Shown in pieces: positions 13,836-22,899 of a DNA stretch of 31,500 nt; the stretch's first letter is position 1, and each line of letters starts with the position of its first letter. This stretch comes from a virus. The notes below the pieces were generated by a model. That model did no database searches. It was not told the DNA's origin and saw only the letters and a list, made by a program, of their open reading frames with translations. Location: IMG/VR virus record IMGVR_UViG_3300045988_058378. One strand, written 5' to 3'. Both the position numbers and the translations under genes were made by a program.

Positions 13836-16235
13836 ATGGCGCAAGCGGGTGAGATTCGTTTCGATGCTGTTATTGACACTAGCGGCTACGAAAAAGGTGT
13901 GAAGGACATCCAGGACGCTACCGACGAGATTAAAGAATCAGCGGAGCAGGCGGACAAGGCCACCGAAGATGTTGGCAAGAACGGTGGTAAGAACGCGCCA
14001 AGTATTAAGGACGCGTTTAGTAAAACGTTCGACGGGATTAGTGACCTTGCGGACGGGTTAGGCTTGAGTCTGCCTAGCAAGCTTGTGAAAGTCGCGAGTA
14101 TTGGTGGCGCTCTTGCCGCTGTGGGTGGCGTGTTCAAAACCGGTATTGACTCGGCGCTTAGTCAGATTGATGTGCAAGGCACTTTGGACGCCCAACTGGG
14201 TAAGGGTAGTGTGGCCGCTCAAAACGCTGGCAAGGTGGCGGGCGAACTCTACCGGCAAGGCTGGGGTGAGAGTTTGGAAGACGTGGCTAATGTCGCGTCT
14301 AATGTCAGTCAGGTGATTCGTGGTATCGGTGATGGTGATTTAAACACTGTCACGAAGGCTACGGAAGTGTGGGCTCAAACGTTTGACGCGGACGCGGGTG
14401 AGAGCGTACGTGGTGTGAAAGTCCTTATGGAAAAATTCGGTTTGAGCGCTCAGGATGCTACCGACCTTATGACCAAGGGTATGCAGAATGGTCTGAACTA
14501 TACGGACGAACTCGCTGATAATCTTAGCGAGTATGGTGGCCGGTGGGCTGAAGCCGGTACGTCCGCGCAAGAATATTTCTCACTGCTTCAGGCTGGCGTG
14601 GATAGTGGCGCCTACCAACTGGACAAGGTGGGAGACTTCCTTAATGAGTTCCTTACCTCTCTGACGGACGGGCGTATCGAGCAGAGTATTGGAGAGTTTT
14701 CGAAGGGGACTCAGGACGTTTTCAACAATTTCAAGAGTGGTAAGGCCACTGCGGAAGACGTGTTGAATGCTGTTATCGGTGAAATGGGCACCATGACCGA
14801 TAAAACCAAGGAAGCTAGTCTAGCGTCAACTTTATGGTCTAGTCTTGGTGAGGATAATGCGCTTGGTATGATTGAAGCTCTCGGCAACGTGCCGAACAGT
14901 TATGAAAATATCAAGGGTGCTACAGATGAAGCCGCAGACAGCACAATGAGCATCGGTCAACAGTGGGAAGCGTTCAAACGTACCATGAGTGGCACACTGG
15001 GTGACGCGTTCACACCATTTGTTAAGGGCTTCTTAGACGGTTTGACTGATATGACGAAGAAGTTTACCGACTTCGTTAATAACACTGATTGGAGTGGGTT
15101 AGCCAATATTCTGGGTAGTGTTGGTAGTGTTGTCGGCAAGGCGTTCGAAGCAGTCGGCAATTCAATCCAGCCAGCGCTTGACCTCCTGAAAGCATTTTCC
15201 GATTGGTTTAGTGCGAATAGTACGTGGATTGTTTCGGCACTTGTTGGTATCGGCGCCGGTTTTGCCGTGTTCAAGACAGCGCAAATCATTAGTACCGTGG
15301 TCGGTTTTCTTCAGTCGTTCAGTCTTGCGGAGACTGCCGCCACAGTAGTGCAATGGTTGTTTAACGCGGCTATGGCGGCTAATCCGATGGTGTTGGTTAT
15401 CACGCTATTGGCGGCGCTTGTGGCTGGGTTGGTTTACTTTTTCACGCAGACTGACGCGGGTAAGCAAGCATGGCAGGACTTCTGTCAGACCATGCAAGAC
15501 TTGTGGCAAAACCTTTGCGACTTCTTCCAAAACATTTGGGATAGTATCACCAAGTTTTTCACCGACGCCGGAACAAATATTACGAACGCGTGGAATGCTG
15601 TCACTGATTGGTTTAGTGGTATCCCCGACAGAATTAAGGGTTTCTTCAATAATATTGGCGCATGGTTCGGTAGTAAGTTCCAAGAAGTCAAGGATGCGAT
15701 TGTGAACAGATTCAATGAGGCTGTGGAGTTCATCACGGGTATTCCCGGCAGAGTCAGGGATTGTTTCAATGGCGCGGTGAATTGGCTTAAGGATGCTGGC
15801 GGTAATATCGTTCGCGGCTTGTGGAATGGTATCAGTGACATGTTTAATTGGGTGCGTAATAAGATTCTTGGCTTCGGTAAGAATATCGTCAAGTGGGCTA
15901 AGCAAGCGTTGGGTATTCATTCCCCGTCGCGAGTCATGGCCGAAGAGGTTGGCAAGTATATTCCGTCCGGTATCGAAATGGGTATCAAGGCTAACACTAG
16001 TGGTTTGATGGACTCGTTGGACTCGTTGAGTTTGGATATGGTTGACGCTGTAAAGGTGCCGACTACTACTACTGGCTCACTGCCGGTGTTTGATAGTTCT
16101 GCTAGTGGTGTCACGTCCGCGATGCCGCAGACTAGTATTGTTATTCAGAGTATGCAGGTGCGTTCGGATAATGATATTCGTCTGATTGCGCAAGAGTTGA
16201 ATCGTTTGCAACGTCGTGACTTGAAGAGGGTGTGA
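13836..16235 (+). CDS. Tape measure protein
   Basis: 799 aa, Ala/Gly-rich, with hydrophobic central helices, after the chaperones. Confidence 0.85.
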   Translation: MAQAGEIRFDAVIDTSGYEKGVKDIQDATDEIKESAEQADKATEDVGKNGGKNAPSIKDAFSKTFDGISDLADGLGLSLPSKLVKVASIGGALAAVGGVFKTGIDSALSQIDVQGTLDAQLGKGSVAAQNAGKVAGELYRQGWGESLEDVANVASNVSQVIRGIGDGDLNTVTKATEVWAQTFDADAGESVRGVKVLMEKFGLSAQDATDLMTKGMQNGLNYTDELADNLSEYGGRWAEAGTSAQEYFSLLQAGVDSGAYQLDKVGDFLNEFLTSLTDGRIEQSIGEFSKGTQDVFNNFKSGKATAEDVLNAVIGEMGTMTDKTKEASLASTLWSSLGEDNALGMIEALGNVPNSYENIKGATDEAADSTMSIGQQWEAFKRTMSGTLGDAFTPFVKGFLDGLTDMTKKFTDFVNNTDWSGLANILGSVGSVVGKAFEAVGNSIQPALDLLKAFSDWFSANSTWIVSALVGIGAGFAVFKTAQIISTVVGFLQSFSLAETAATVVQWLFNAAMAANPMVLVITLLAALVAGLVYFFTQTDAGKQAWQDFCQTMQDLWQNLCDFFQNIWDSITKFFTDAGTNITNAWNAVTDWFSGIPDRIKGFFNNIGAWFGSKFQEVKDAIVNRFNEAVEFITGIPGRVRDCFNGAVNWLKDAGGNIVRGLWNGISDMFNWVRNKILGFGKNIVKWAKQALGIHSPSRVMAEEVGKYIPSGIEMGIKANTSGLMDSLDSLSLDMVDAVKVPTTTTGSLPVFDSSASGVTSAMPQTSIVIQSMQVRSDNDIRLIAQELNRLQRRDLKRV

Positions 16236-16954
16236 AATTGAGAATCGTTTTCAATAACACTGATTTGGCTACCGTCCTACCTGATACCGTGCTTTATATT
16301 GGTAACGTTACGGGGCGTGAGTTCGTAAGCCCGGACGTTACCACGGTAGCGTATAAGGGCGCGCACGGTAGCCGATTCGTAGGCAATCGTTATCCCGCGC
16401 GTGATATTCAAGTGGAAGTAACCGTTATCGGCTATTGTTTCCAAATGATGCCATCTTACGCGTCTAAGCTTATGAGCGTGCTTGCTACCGACGTGCCCGC
16501 TAGCCTGTCTTTCAGTGACCAAGAGGGCACGTATCAGGCTATCGTTAGTGCGATTAACTTGGAAGAGCATGAGACTTACGCGACCGGTACTATCACGTTC
16601 ACGTGTCCTGACCCGTTCCGTTATGGTGCCCTGTATGATATTGATTTCGACACGCTCCCGACTGACACGTTGCACACCAATTACAATGTCGAACCGGTTT
16701 TTAATCTTGTGGTGAACAAGTCCGCCAACAATTTCAGTATGAATGTTAACGGCTACGTGCTCACTTTGGACATGCAAGTCGCTCAGGGTGACGTGATAGT
16801 GGTCAACAGTGAGACGCGTACTGTTACCGTCAATAACAAGCTGACAGTATTGGAAACGTCCGGCACGTTTCCGAAATTAAGGCAGTCGGGGAATACGGTT
16901 AGGTTCTATCCTGACTGTGGGGGCAATGGTTCGTATACTGCAAGGTGGCTGTGA
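16232..16954 (+). CDS. Distal tail protein (Dit-like)
   Basis: 240 aa directly after the tape measure. The start is either GTG 16232 or TTG 16238. Confidence 0.6.
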   Translation: MKLRIVFNNTDLATVLPDTVLYIGNVTGREFVSPDVTTVAYKGAHGSRFVGNRYPARDIQVEVTVIGYCFQMMPSYASKLMSVLATDVPASLSFSDQEGTYQAIVSAINLEEHETYATGTITFTCPDPFRYGALYDIDFDTLPTDTLHTNYNVEPVFNLVVNKSANNFSMNVNGYVLTLDMQVAQGDVIVVNSETRTVTVNNKLTVLETSGTFPKLRQSGNTVRFYPDCGGNGSYTARWL

Positions 16955-18732
16955 TGCTGGCAGAAGACACTATCACCCTTGTGGGATTGCAAGGGCATGA
17001 ACTTCGTACGCTCAGCCCGCGCGCGGAATGGACGTTCGACCAACGTTCCGACTCCACTAATCAGCTTACCGTCACTGTTGGCACGGATGAAGCAACCGAC
17101 GTTGTGGGCGACATGGAACTATTATTCCAACACCGTCGATTTGTCATTAACGAAGTGAACCGCACGCGCGACACGGAGACGTGTGAGATTATCGCGGATG
17201 AAGCGCAGGCTGAAATGGCTTCAATTGAGGTTGAGTCATTCCAAGTTGAGAAGGCGAAGTTGAGCGCGGCAGTCACGCAATTGTTGTCTAACACGCTTTG
17301 GACGGTTGGAACGATTGAGGATGATACGCGCACGATTTACGCCGACCTGCAAGGCAAGAAGGTCACGGAATTGTTGACGTGGTTGGCGAATCAGTCTAAC
17401 CAAGTGTTATCGTTCGATTCCGCGCATCGTAAAGTTTCGTTTATCAAACGGGATATGACGCCTTCCGGTGTCGTGTTTAATTATGATGTCAACATGGCGA
17501 ATCTTAAGAAGACTGAGACGCCGCCGACTTGCACGGTATTGCATCCTATCGGCGCTAACGGGCTGACTGTGGCGAACGTGAATCATGGCAGTGAGTTGGT
17601 TGAGGACTTCGGCTGGTACACGTCTTTGGGCATGAGTGAGAATGAGGCGCGTGCCCGATTCACGAAACGGCAGGAATGGCAGGACGAACGTTACACCGTC
17701 GTGCAGAATCTACTGGATGATGCGAGGAAGAAACTCTCCGTGTCCGCCTATCCGACGCTATCTTACGATTTAACAGCTGTTGACGGTATCAGTGATTTAC
17801 GTTTGGGTCAGCAAGCGTACGTTTGGGATAATGTGCTTGACGTGCGCGTGTTGACAACGGTTAGTGTTATTCACACGTCCAGCGTTCACGATGACGATAG
17901 TGTGACATTGGATTACGTGCCACCATCGTTTACGATTGCTACCGATGATACTACCGGCGATACTACATCCACGACGGAGGCTAGCGTATTCCAAGCATTC
18001 AACTACACGGAATATGCGCTAGGTGATACGGCTACGCGAGTCCTGCCGTTGAGCATCAATGTTTACTCGGATACCATGCTTGAGTGCAATCTATGTCTAA
18101 CAGTCAAAACCACGACTGCTGGACTGCTTGAAGGCTATTTTCTTTTGAACGGTGAGAAGGCGGGCCCGCGTATCATGCAGACATGCGCTGAAGGGTATGT
18201 CACTATCGGACTCCCATTCCTGATTACAAACGTTTCGAGCAATGACCAAACCACGCTTGACTTGTATCTTAAGCATGGTGGGGCTGGTAGTCTCGCTATC
18301 AATGACGCGCAAATTTATATTTCAGCTAAGGGTGCGTATGGTGGTGTCACTAACGAACGTCCTGACCGGCGTGTGGTTGACGCTGTGGAACGTTTTAAAC
18401 GCGAATGGCGTAACGTTGAGGATGCAACGTCTATCATATTCCCGGAACGTAACGACACTACTGTTGCTGAAACTGTGGAACGGTTTAAGACGGAGTGGCG
18501 TGAATCTGAAGACGTTGTTAATCCGATTGTGTGGCTTGAGGATAAGACGCTCACAATCACTAACGCCGAGGATGATGCCGTGTTTACGCTTATTCTGCCG
18601 GACAAGAGTCAACGTGAAATGTCTGCTGTTGTTGACGGGTCTACCTCGTTTGACTTGAGTACGCTTGGTTTGTCCGGTTCGACTAAAATTAAGATAAAGG
18701 AACTTGACGTGAGTGTCACGGTGAAGCTTTGA
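16954..18732 (+). CDS. Tail-associated (Tal-like) baseplate or minor structural protein
   Basis: AAGGTGG RBS; the ATG at 16954 overlaps the upstream TGA. About 590 aa after Dit. Contains an internal 30-aa repeat (ERFKREWRNVED / ERFKTEWRESED). Confidence 0.6.
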   Translation: MLAEDTITLVGLQGHELRTLSPRAEWTFDQRSDSTNQLTVTVGTDEATDVVGDMELLFQHRRFVINEVNRTRDTETCEIIADEAQAEMASIEVESFQVEKAKLSAAVTQLLSNTLWTVGTIEDDTRTIYADLQGKKVTELLTWLANQSNQVLSFDSAHRKVSFIKRDMTPSGVVFNYDVNMANLKKTETPPTCTVLHPIGANGLTVANVNHGSELVEDFGWYTSLGMSENEARARFTKRQEWQDERYTVVQNLLDDARKKLSVSAYPTLSYDLTAVDGISDLRLGQQAYVWDNVLDVRVLTTVSVIHTSSVHDDDSVTLDYVPPSFTIATDDTTGDTTSTTEASVFQAFNYTEYALGDTATRVLPLSINVYSDTMLECNLCLTVKTTTAGLLEGYFLLNGEKAGPRIMQTCAEGYVTIGLPFLITNVSSNDQTTLDLYLKHGGAGSLAINDAQIYISAKGAYGGVTNERPDRRVVDAVERFKREWRNVEDATSIIFPERNDTTVAETVERFKTEWRESEDVVNPIVWLEDKTLTITNAEDDAVFTLILPDKSQREMSAVVDGSTSFDLSTLGLSGSTKIKIKELDVSVTVKL

Positions 18733-19949
18733 AAGTGAGGGGAAATATTTTGAACGAGTCAGTGGAACGGTTGAATATCATGCCGCATGTGAAAGGTCAC
18801 GTGGCTGTTGATGTGATGGAGGACGGGCGGATTGTAACCCATGCTGAGCATGATAATTACGTTAGCCCGTTCGTTTATGACGCGTTACGCAAGTACGTTA
18901 ACGCACATTTCATGATGTTGCATGATGAAATGAACTTGTACAGTCAAGGTTCACTATTTAACCAATATGCGCTGAATAGTGCGTTTATCCTGACAGACTA
19001 CGCGGGGCCTGTCAATACTCGGGAACGTGTGATTCATGGGACTCCACTGAGCTACGGTTATCACCAATATGTTTCCAATGATGTGAATGAGTGCAGTTTC
19101 AATCAGGATGAATCATATCGCAAGGCGAACTCGTTGCGTTTCGTGTTTGATTTTTCAACATCGCAAGGCAATGGCACGTTCCAAAGCATTTATAGTGGCC
19201 CATCCACACATAATCCAAACTATTATGCAGGATACGACCTTTTGGTCAGTAGTGATGCTAATTGGCCTGCTACTTACTGTGATGGCAAAATTTACGTGTC
19301 GAGCGCGGATAGTCTTACCGTGTTCACGGTGGATGATTGGATTACACGACTTAACGGTGGCGCGTGGGATAGGCAAACCGTGCGAGTTCCTAACGTCGGA
19401 TTATACGACTATACACGTTTAACCGCGTATAACCATTCTATTTATTGGGCTAACGACCGGTCTGTTTACAGTGCGCCGGTGTCTGATTTAACTAACGTGA
19501 CAACGTATAATATCGGAGATTATTGTCAAGGGATTTCTTACTCCGCGATTCGTAACTCGTTTTTCATCTCTATTTCGGATACCGAGGTAAGGGAATATTC
19601 AACCTCGTTCGAGCTTAAGAAAACCTTCACTGGCAATTATGGGAGTCCTTATATTTCTGCCATGCCGGAGGAAAACAGTGTCCTAATCGGCACTCGCGTA
19701 TATGATATTGATGATAATGCCAACGCGTTGAACCCATGCGCCCGATGGCAAAGTTCAGAAACATTTTATAGCATGTCGTTTATAAGCGGGTTCGTGTTAG
19801 CCTATGGCACTTTCGCGCATACTGGGTTGTATCTTGGCACCCAGTATTTCAGTCGTGCCCGATTGGATAAGCCGGTGACGAAGAACAGCAGGCAGACAAT
19901 GAAAATCACTTACGATTTCAACATGCCCCCGATTGATTGGGAACATTGA
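18729..19949 (+). CDS. Candidate receptor-binding or tail tip protein
   Basis: Last large structural ORF before the lysis genes. The likely real start is the TTG at 18750 (GAGGGGA 6 nt upstream) or the ATG at 18780. No motif recognised. Confidence 0.5.
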   Translation: MKVRGNILNESVERLNIMPHVKGHVAVDVMEDGRIVTHAEHDNYVSPFVYDALRKYVNAHFMMLHDEMNLYSQGSLFNQYALNSAFILTDYAGPVNTRERVIHGTPLSYGYHQYVSNDVNECSFNQDESYRKANSLRFVFDFSTSQGNGTFQSIYSGPSTHNPNYYAGYDLLVSSDANWPATYCDGKIYVSSADSLTVFTVDDWITRLNGGAWDRQTVRVPNVGLYDYTRLTAYNHSIYWANDRSVYSAPVSDLTNVTTYNIGDYCQGISYSAIRNSFFISISDTEVREYSTSFELKKTFTGNYGSPYISAMPEENSVLIGTRVYDIDDNANALNPCARWQSSETFYSMSFISGFVLAYGTFAHTGLYLGTQYFSRARLDKPVTKNSRQTMKITYDFNMPPIDWEH

Positions 19950-20248
19950 TGGAAACGGCATTATTGTGCGCCATCCTCGGCAGTCAGACGGTGACTATTG
20001 TCGTGCAATGGTTGTTAAGCAAAATCGATGCGAAACGCAATCCGTTACGCGATGGTGTGAAAGAACTCTTGTTTTGCAAGCTGAAACAGTTTGACGAACA
20101 GCGGGAGCATAACGGGTTCATGCCAATTGCGGACAAGGAAATCGTTGAACGTGTCTACACCGCCTATCATGCTTTAGGGGGTAATGGTGTTGGTACGGAG
20201 ATAGTGAATAAGATTCGTGCTTGCGCGAGTAGTAGGGAGGAAAAATGA
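19949..20248 (+). CDS. N-terminally membrane-anchored small protein (holin, antiholin or lysis accessory candidate)
   Basis: METALLCAILGSQTVTIVVQWLL forms one TM helix. The ATG overlaps the upstream TGA, and the gene lies immediately 5' of the endolysin. Confidence 0.5.
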   Translation: METALLCAILGSQTVTIVVQWLLSKIDAKRNPLRDGVKELLFCKLKQFDEQREHNGFMPIADKEIVERVYTAYHALGGNGVGTEIVNKIRACASSREEK

Positions 20249-21483
20249 AACGAACACCGAAGCATAAGCGTATCAAGCGGAGCATGATCAAGCCGGTTGC
20301 CGGTTTGACATTGAGCACAGTTATCATGCTCGCGCCTAGCGTGGCTATGGCGGACATGAACGGTGTGGATGTGAGCGGTTGGCAACCGGCTAACATTACG
20401 CGCGTTATCCCGGCTGATTTTGCTATCGTCAAGGCCACCGAGGGTGTGGACTTCACTAACGGTTCGTGGGTTAGTCAGATTACTGGCGCTATCGAAACTG
20501 GCAAGATTCATGGATTGTACCATTATGCGAATGGTGGCAGTGCGATTGCGGAAGCCGACTACTTTGTTAACACGGTGGGCTCTTATGTTGGCCGTTCCAT
20601 GCTCGTGTTGGACTGGGAGAGTTACCGTAATGTCTCGTGGGGTAATGGTAATTGGGTTCGCGAGTGGGTTAATCGCGTGCATGAACGTACTAGTGTTTGG
20701 CCGGTGGTTTACGTGCAAGCGTCTGCCGTGTGGCAGATTCCGCAGGACGTGCGTCAACATTGCATGCTGTGGAAGGCGCAGTATGCGAGCAATGCCGTTA
20801 CCGGTTATCAGTCTCAGCCGTGGAATGCTGGCAGTGCTGGCGAGGGCATGTTGCAATACACGTCTCATGGAATGTTGAATGGGTATGGTGGGTTCCTTGA
20901 CCTTGACTTGTTCTTCGGTGATAAAACTGCTTGGGGTCGGATTGCTTGCGGTGAACGTAGTGGGTGCGTACCTAATTCGTTTGCTAATACTGGCACCACT
21001 ACCACGGTGAAGCATGATACGCCGAACACTACGTCTAATGGTGATGTGAATCAGATGGCGAACGACGTTATCGCGGGCAGATACGGTAATGGTGCGACGC
21101 GTCGCGCACTCTTGGGCGGCTATTATGATTCGGTTATGAGGATTGTGAATAATCGTCTTGGGTGTGGTACGTCTCAATCGTCTGCGCAATGCGTTTACGT
21201 TCAGTCTGGTGACACGTTGAGTTCGATTGCATCACGCTATGGTGGTAGTTGGAATGAGTGGACGGGCTACCGTAGCGGCAATCCGAACATCATTTATGCT
21301 GGTGAGCGTGTTTGCCGTCGCAGTTCTAGCGTTTCCACTGGGGGAGCACGCCGTTATACTGTGCGGTCTGGTGACACGTTGAGCGGTATCGCGTCACGAT
21401 ATAAGATTAACGTGGGTCAGATTAAGGGCTATCGTTCAGGCAATCCTAACGTGATTTACCCGGGTGAAACCTTGTATTGGTGA
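20245..21483 (+). CDS. Endolysin: signal peptide + GH25 muramidase + two LysM repeats
   Basis: GGGAGGA RBS. The N-terminus is KHKRIKRS...LTLSTVIMLAPSVAMA|D. GVDVSGWQ...IVKATEG...DWE fits the GH25 pattern. The C-terminus has YVQSGDTLSSIASRYG and YTVRSGDTLSGIASRY (LysM). Confidence 0.85.
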   Translation: MKRTPKHKRIKRSMIKPVAGLTLSTVIMLAPSVAMADMNGVDVSGWQPANITRVIPADFAIVKATEGVDFTNGSWVSQITGAIETGKIHGLYHYANGGSAIAEADYFVNTVGSYVGRSMLVLDWESYRNVSWGNGNWVREWVNRVHERTSVWPVVYVQASAVWQIPQDVRQHCMLWKAQYASNAVTGYQSQPWNAGSAGEGMLQYTSHGMLNGYGGFLDLDLFFGDKTAWGRIACGERSGCVPNSFANTGTTTTVKHDTPNTTSNGDVNQMANDVIAGRYGNGATRRALLGGYYDSVMRIVNNRLGCGTSQSSAQCVYVQSGDTLSSIASRYGGSWNEWTGYRSGNPNIIYAGERVCRRSSSVSTGGARRYTVRSGDTLSGIASRYKINVGQIKGYRSGNPNVIYPGETLYW

Positions 21484-21495
21484 TTGGAGTAAATT

Positions 21496-21795
21496 ATGAA
21501 CATTACTCAGGCTGAGACTATCGCGGTTGCTATCGTCGGTTTGGTTGCTCCCGTATTCGTGCAGGTTGTTAAACCTATTCTGCCGGATAACATGACCGCC
21601 TTGTTTAGTCTCGCGGTCAGTATTGTGTTGGGCATGTTGGCTATCGCGGCGGTGGGCGGTTTTAATCACGGTTATACGTGGGGTGTACTGCTTGTTGCTG
21701 TGGTGGGTGTCTCTCAGACGGTTTACACTGCTGTCAATCAGGTGATGGGCGGCAAACTTGGTAAAACGTTCGTTGACGAAAATAAGTTGCCCTAG
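21496..21795 (+). CDS. Holin candidate (three predicted TM helices)
   Basis: 99 aa with hydrophobic segments AIVGLVAPVFVQVV, LFSLAVSIVLGMLAIAAVGG and WGVLLVAVVGV. Adjacent to the endolysin. Confidence 0.6.
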   Translation: MNITQAETIAVAIVGLVAPVFVQVVKPILPDNMTALFSLAVSIVLGMLAIAAVGGFNHGYTWGVLLVAVVGVSQTVYTAVNQVMGGKLGKTFVDENKLP

Positions 21796-21801
21796 TATAA
21801 T
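21773..21801 (+). promoter_or_regulatory. Near-consensus promoter TTGACG-17 nt-TATAAT at the 3' end of the holin gene
   Basis: -35 at 21773-21778, -10 at 21796-21801. Only about 90 nt remain before the terminator at 21851-21896. Confidence 0.5.
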
Positions 21802-21850
21802 GTGAAGTGCTGAAAGTTTTGGCGATTGACTTTTAGTGCTGTCATTGATA

Positions 21851-21896
21851 AAGCCGCACGGGTTCATTTTCTTCCCAGTGCGGCTTATCCTTTTTT
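21851..21896. terminator. Bidirectional terminator between the convergent arms
   Basis: AAGCCGCAC(GGG)...(CCC)AGTGCGGCTT stem followed by ATCCTTTTTT on the plus strand. It lies between the holin stop and the HNH stop. Confidence 0.7.
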
Positions 21897-22236
21897 AAAT
21901 GGTTTTCAACCCGTCCCACGTTTGAACTGGAATGTTTTCAGGTCTGGCGAAACCTGACACGATTAATCCCAGTCGTTCGGCTTCCTTCACATTCTCATGT
22001 ACCCACCCGTGGCAACCGGTTGTGCCTGACCCGCAGAGGGTTATGAGGTTTGGACTGGAATGCATTTCAGCGTATGGGTGCGAGCGTAGCCTACGGTGGT
22101 GGATGGAGTAGCCGAATGGTGTGTATCTCACGTCCCGCCCGCATCTCACGCACCGGTAGTGGTCGCGTTCCAACACGAGTTGACGTGTTTCTTCGGTCGG
22201 GTTTTTCTTTTTTGGCTTGCCTTCTTTCGCTAACAT
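21895..22236 (-). CDS. HNH endonuclease
   Basis: RDHYRCVRCG...HHRRLRS...NLITLCGSGTTGCHGWVH fits the HNH/zinc-finger pattern. The ATG at 22236 overlaps the upstream TAA. Confidence 0.8.
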   Translation of the reverse strand: MLAKEGKPKKKNPTEETRQLVLERDHYRCVRCGRDVRYTPFGYSIHHRRLRSHPYAEMHSSPNLITLCGSGTTGCHGWVHENVKEAERLGLIVSGFARPENIPVQTWDGLKTI

Positions 22237-22433
22237 TATTTTTCCGATTGCTCCATACAAAATTCTGCTAATTGCGCGAGTACAGTTCCAAACATGACGT
22301 AGCTGTCCTTGCTGAGGGTTGCGGCTTCCCCAATCGTGTAGGTTTGGTTTTCCTTATTGGTGGTGTAGCGTAGTTTTTCTTCCACCATTGAGTCGGCTAG
22401 TTCAACGCTGACATGCACGATAAATTCTGGCAT
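22236..22433 (-). CDS. Hypothetical protein, 65 aa
   Basis: GGGAGGAA RBS before the ATG at 22433 (MPEFIVHVSV...). Confidence 0.55.
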   Translation of the reverse strand: MPEFIVHVSVELADSMVEEKLRYTTNKENQTYTIGEAATLSKDSYVMFGTVLAQLAEFCMEQSEK

Positions 22434-22437
22434 TTTT

Positions 22438-22599
22438 TCATTTTGTTTCCTCCCTTGGTTGGAATGATGCGACTTGTTCGCCTTCATCGTCAAAAATGGT
22501 TGCGGTTTCTCCGTGTTCCACTGTTTTTCTTGCCATGGCTACGGCTTGGCTGAATGTGACGCATACATAATCGACACCGTTGAATCTTACTGTATACAT
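22438..22599 (-). CDS. Hypothetical protein, 53 aa
   Basis: Own translation: MYTVRFNGVDYVCVTFSQAVAMARKTVEHGETATIFDDEGEQVASFQPREETK. GAAAGGA RBS. First gene after hairpin H1. Below the track cutoff. Confidence 0.5.
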   Translation of the reverse strand: MYTVRFNGVDYVCVTFSQAVAMARKTVEHGETATIFDDEGEQVASFQPREETK

Positions 22600-22624
22600 G
22601 TTTTATTCCTTTCGTTAGTTGTGT

Positions 22625-22642
22625 CCCGCCCTTGCGGACGGG
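22625..22642 (-). promoter_or_regulatory. Intercistronic GC-rich hairpin H1 (minus sense CCCGUCC-GCAA-GGGCGGG)
   Basis: 7-bp stem with a GNRA loop. The U-G wobble is valid only in minus-sense RNA. It sits between the stop at 22651 and the ATG at 22599. Confidence 0.6.
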
Positions 22643-22650
22643 GCTGTTGT

Positions 22651-22899
22651 TTAAAGATATTTTATTTCTGCCTCGTAGACTGCGCACTGGTCTAATCCTT
22701 GATGCCATGTGAAATCGTCTACAAGACAGACTCGGCCGAACGTGAAATTTTCGTCGCGCTTGAGGATGTTGCGCATGTTTGCCAATTGGTTTTTAAATTC
22801 CACTGCTTCGCTGTGGAAATCGTAGACTTCTCCGGTTTCTTTTATTACGAGACGTTGTGTGCAGATGCGATAGCTGAGGTAGATGATTGCGGTGGCCAT
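22651..22899 (-). CDS. Hypothetical protein, 82 aa (first ORF of module 1)
   Basis: Track ORF. The ATG is preceded by the cassette SD GAAAGGA. Confidence 0.65.
   Translation of the reverse strand: MATAIIYLSYRICTQRLVIKETGEVYDFHSEAVEFKNQLANMRNILKRDENFTFGRVCLVDDFTWHQGLDQCAVYEAEIKYL

Noticed and set aside
18366-18378. Extra occurrences of the CGGCGTGT box inside the Tal gene (about 18368) and, in reverse, inside terL (about 6091-6100).
   Set aside because: No TATNNT element lies at the 15-nt distance and there is no SD or ATG context. One or two chance 8-mer hits are expected in 63 kb of two-strand sequence.
20167-21189. A 340-aa minus-strand ORF antisense to the endolysin. Similar cases are 6165..7007(-), 9079..9648(-), 15405..15920(-), 24532..25353(+) and 26580..27020(+).
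   Set aside because: These are shadow ORFs opposite strongly supported genes. They have Arg/His/Ser-rich low-complexity translations, no RBS and no recognisable motifs.
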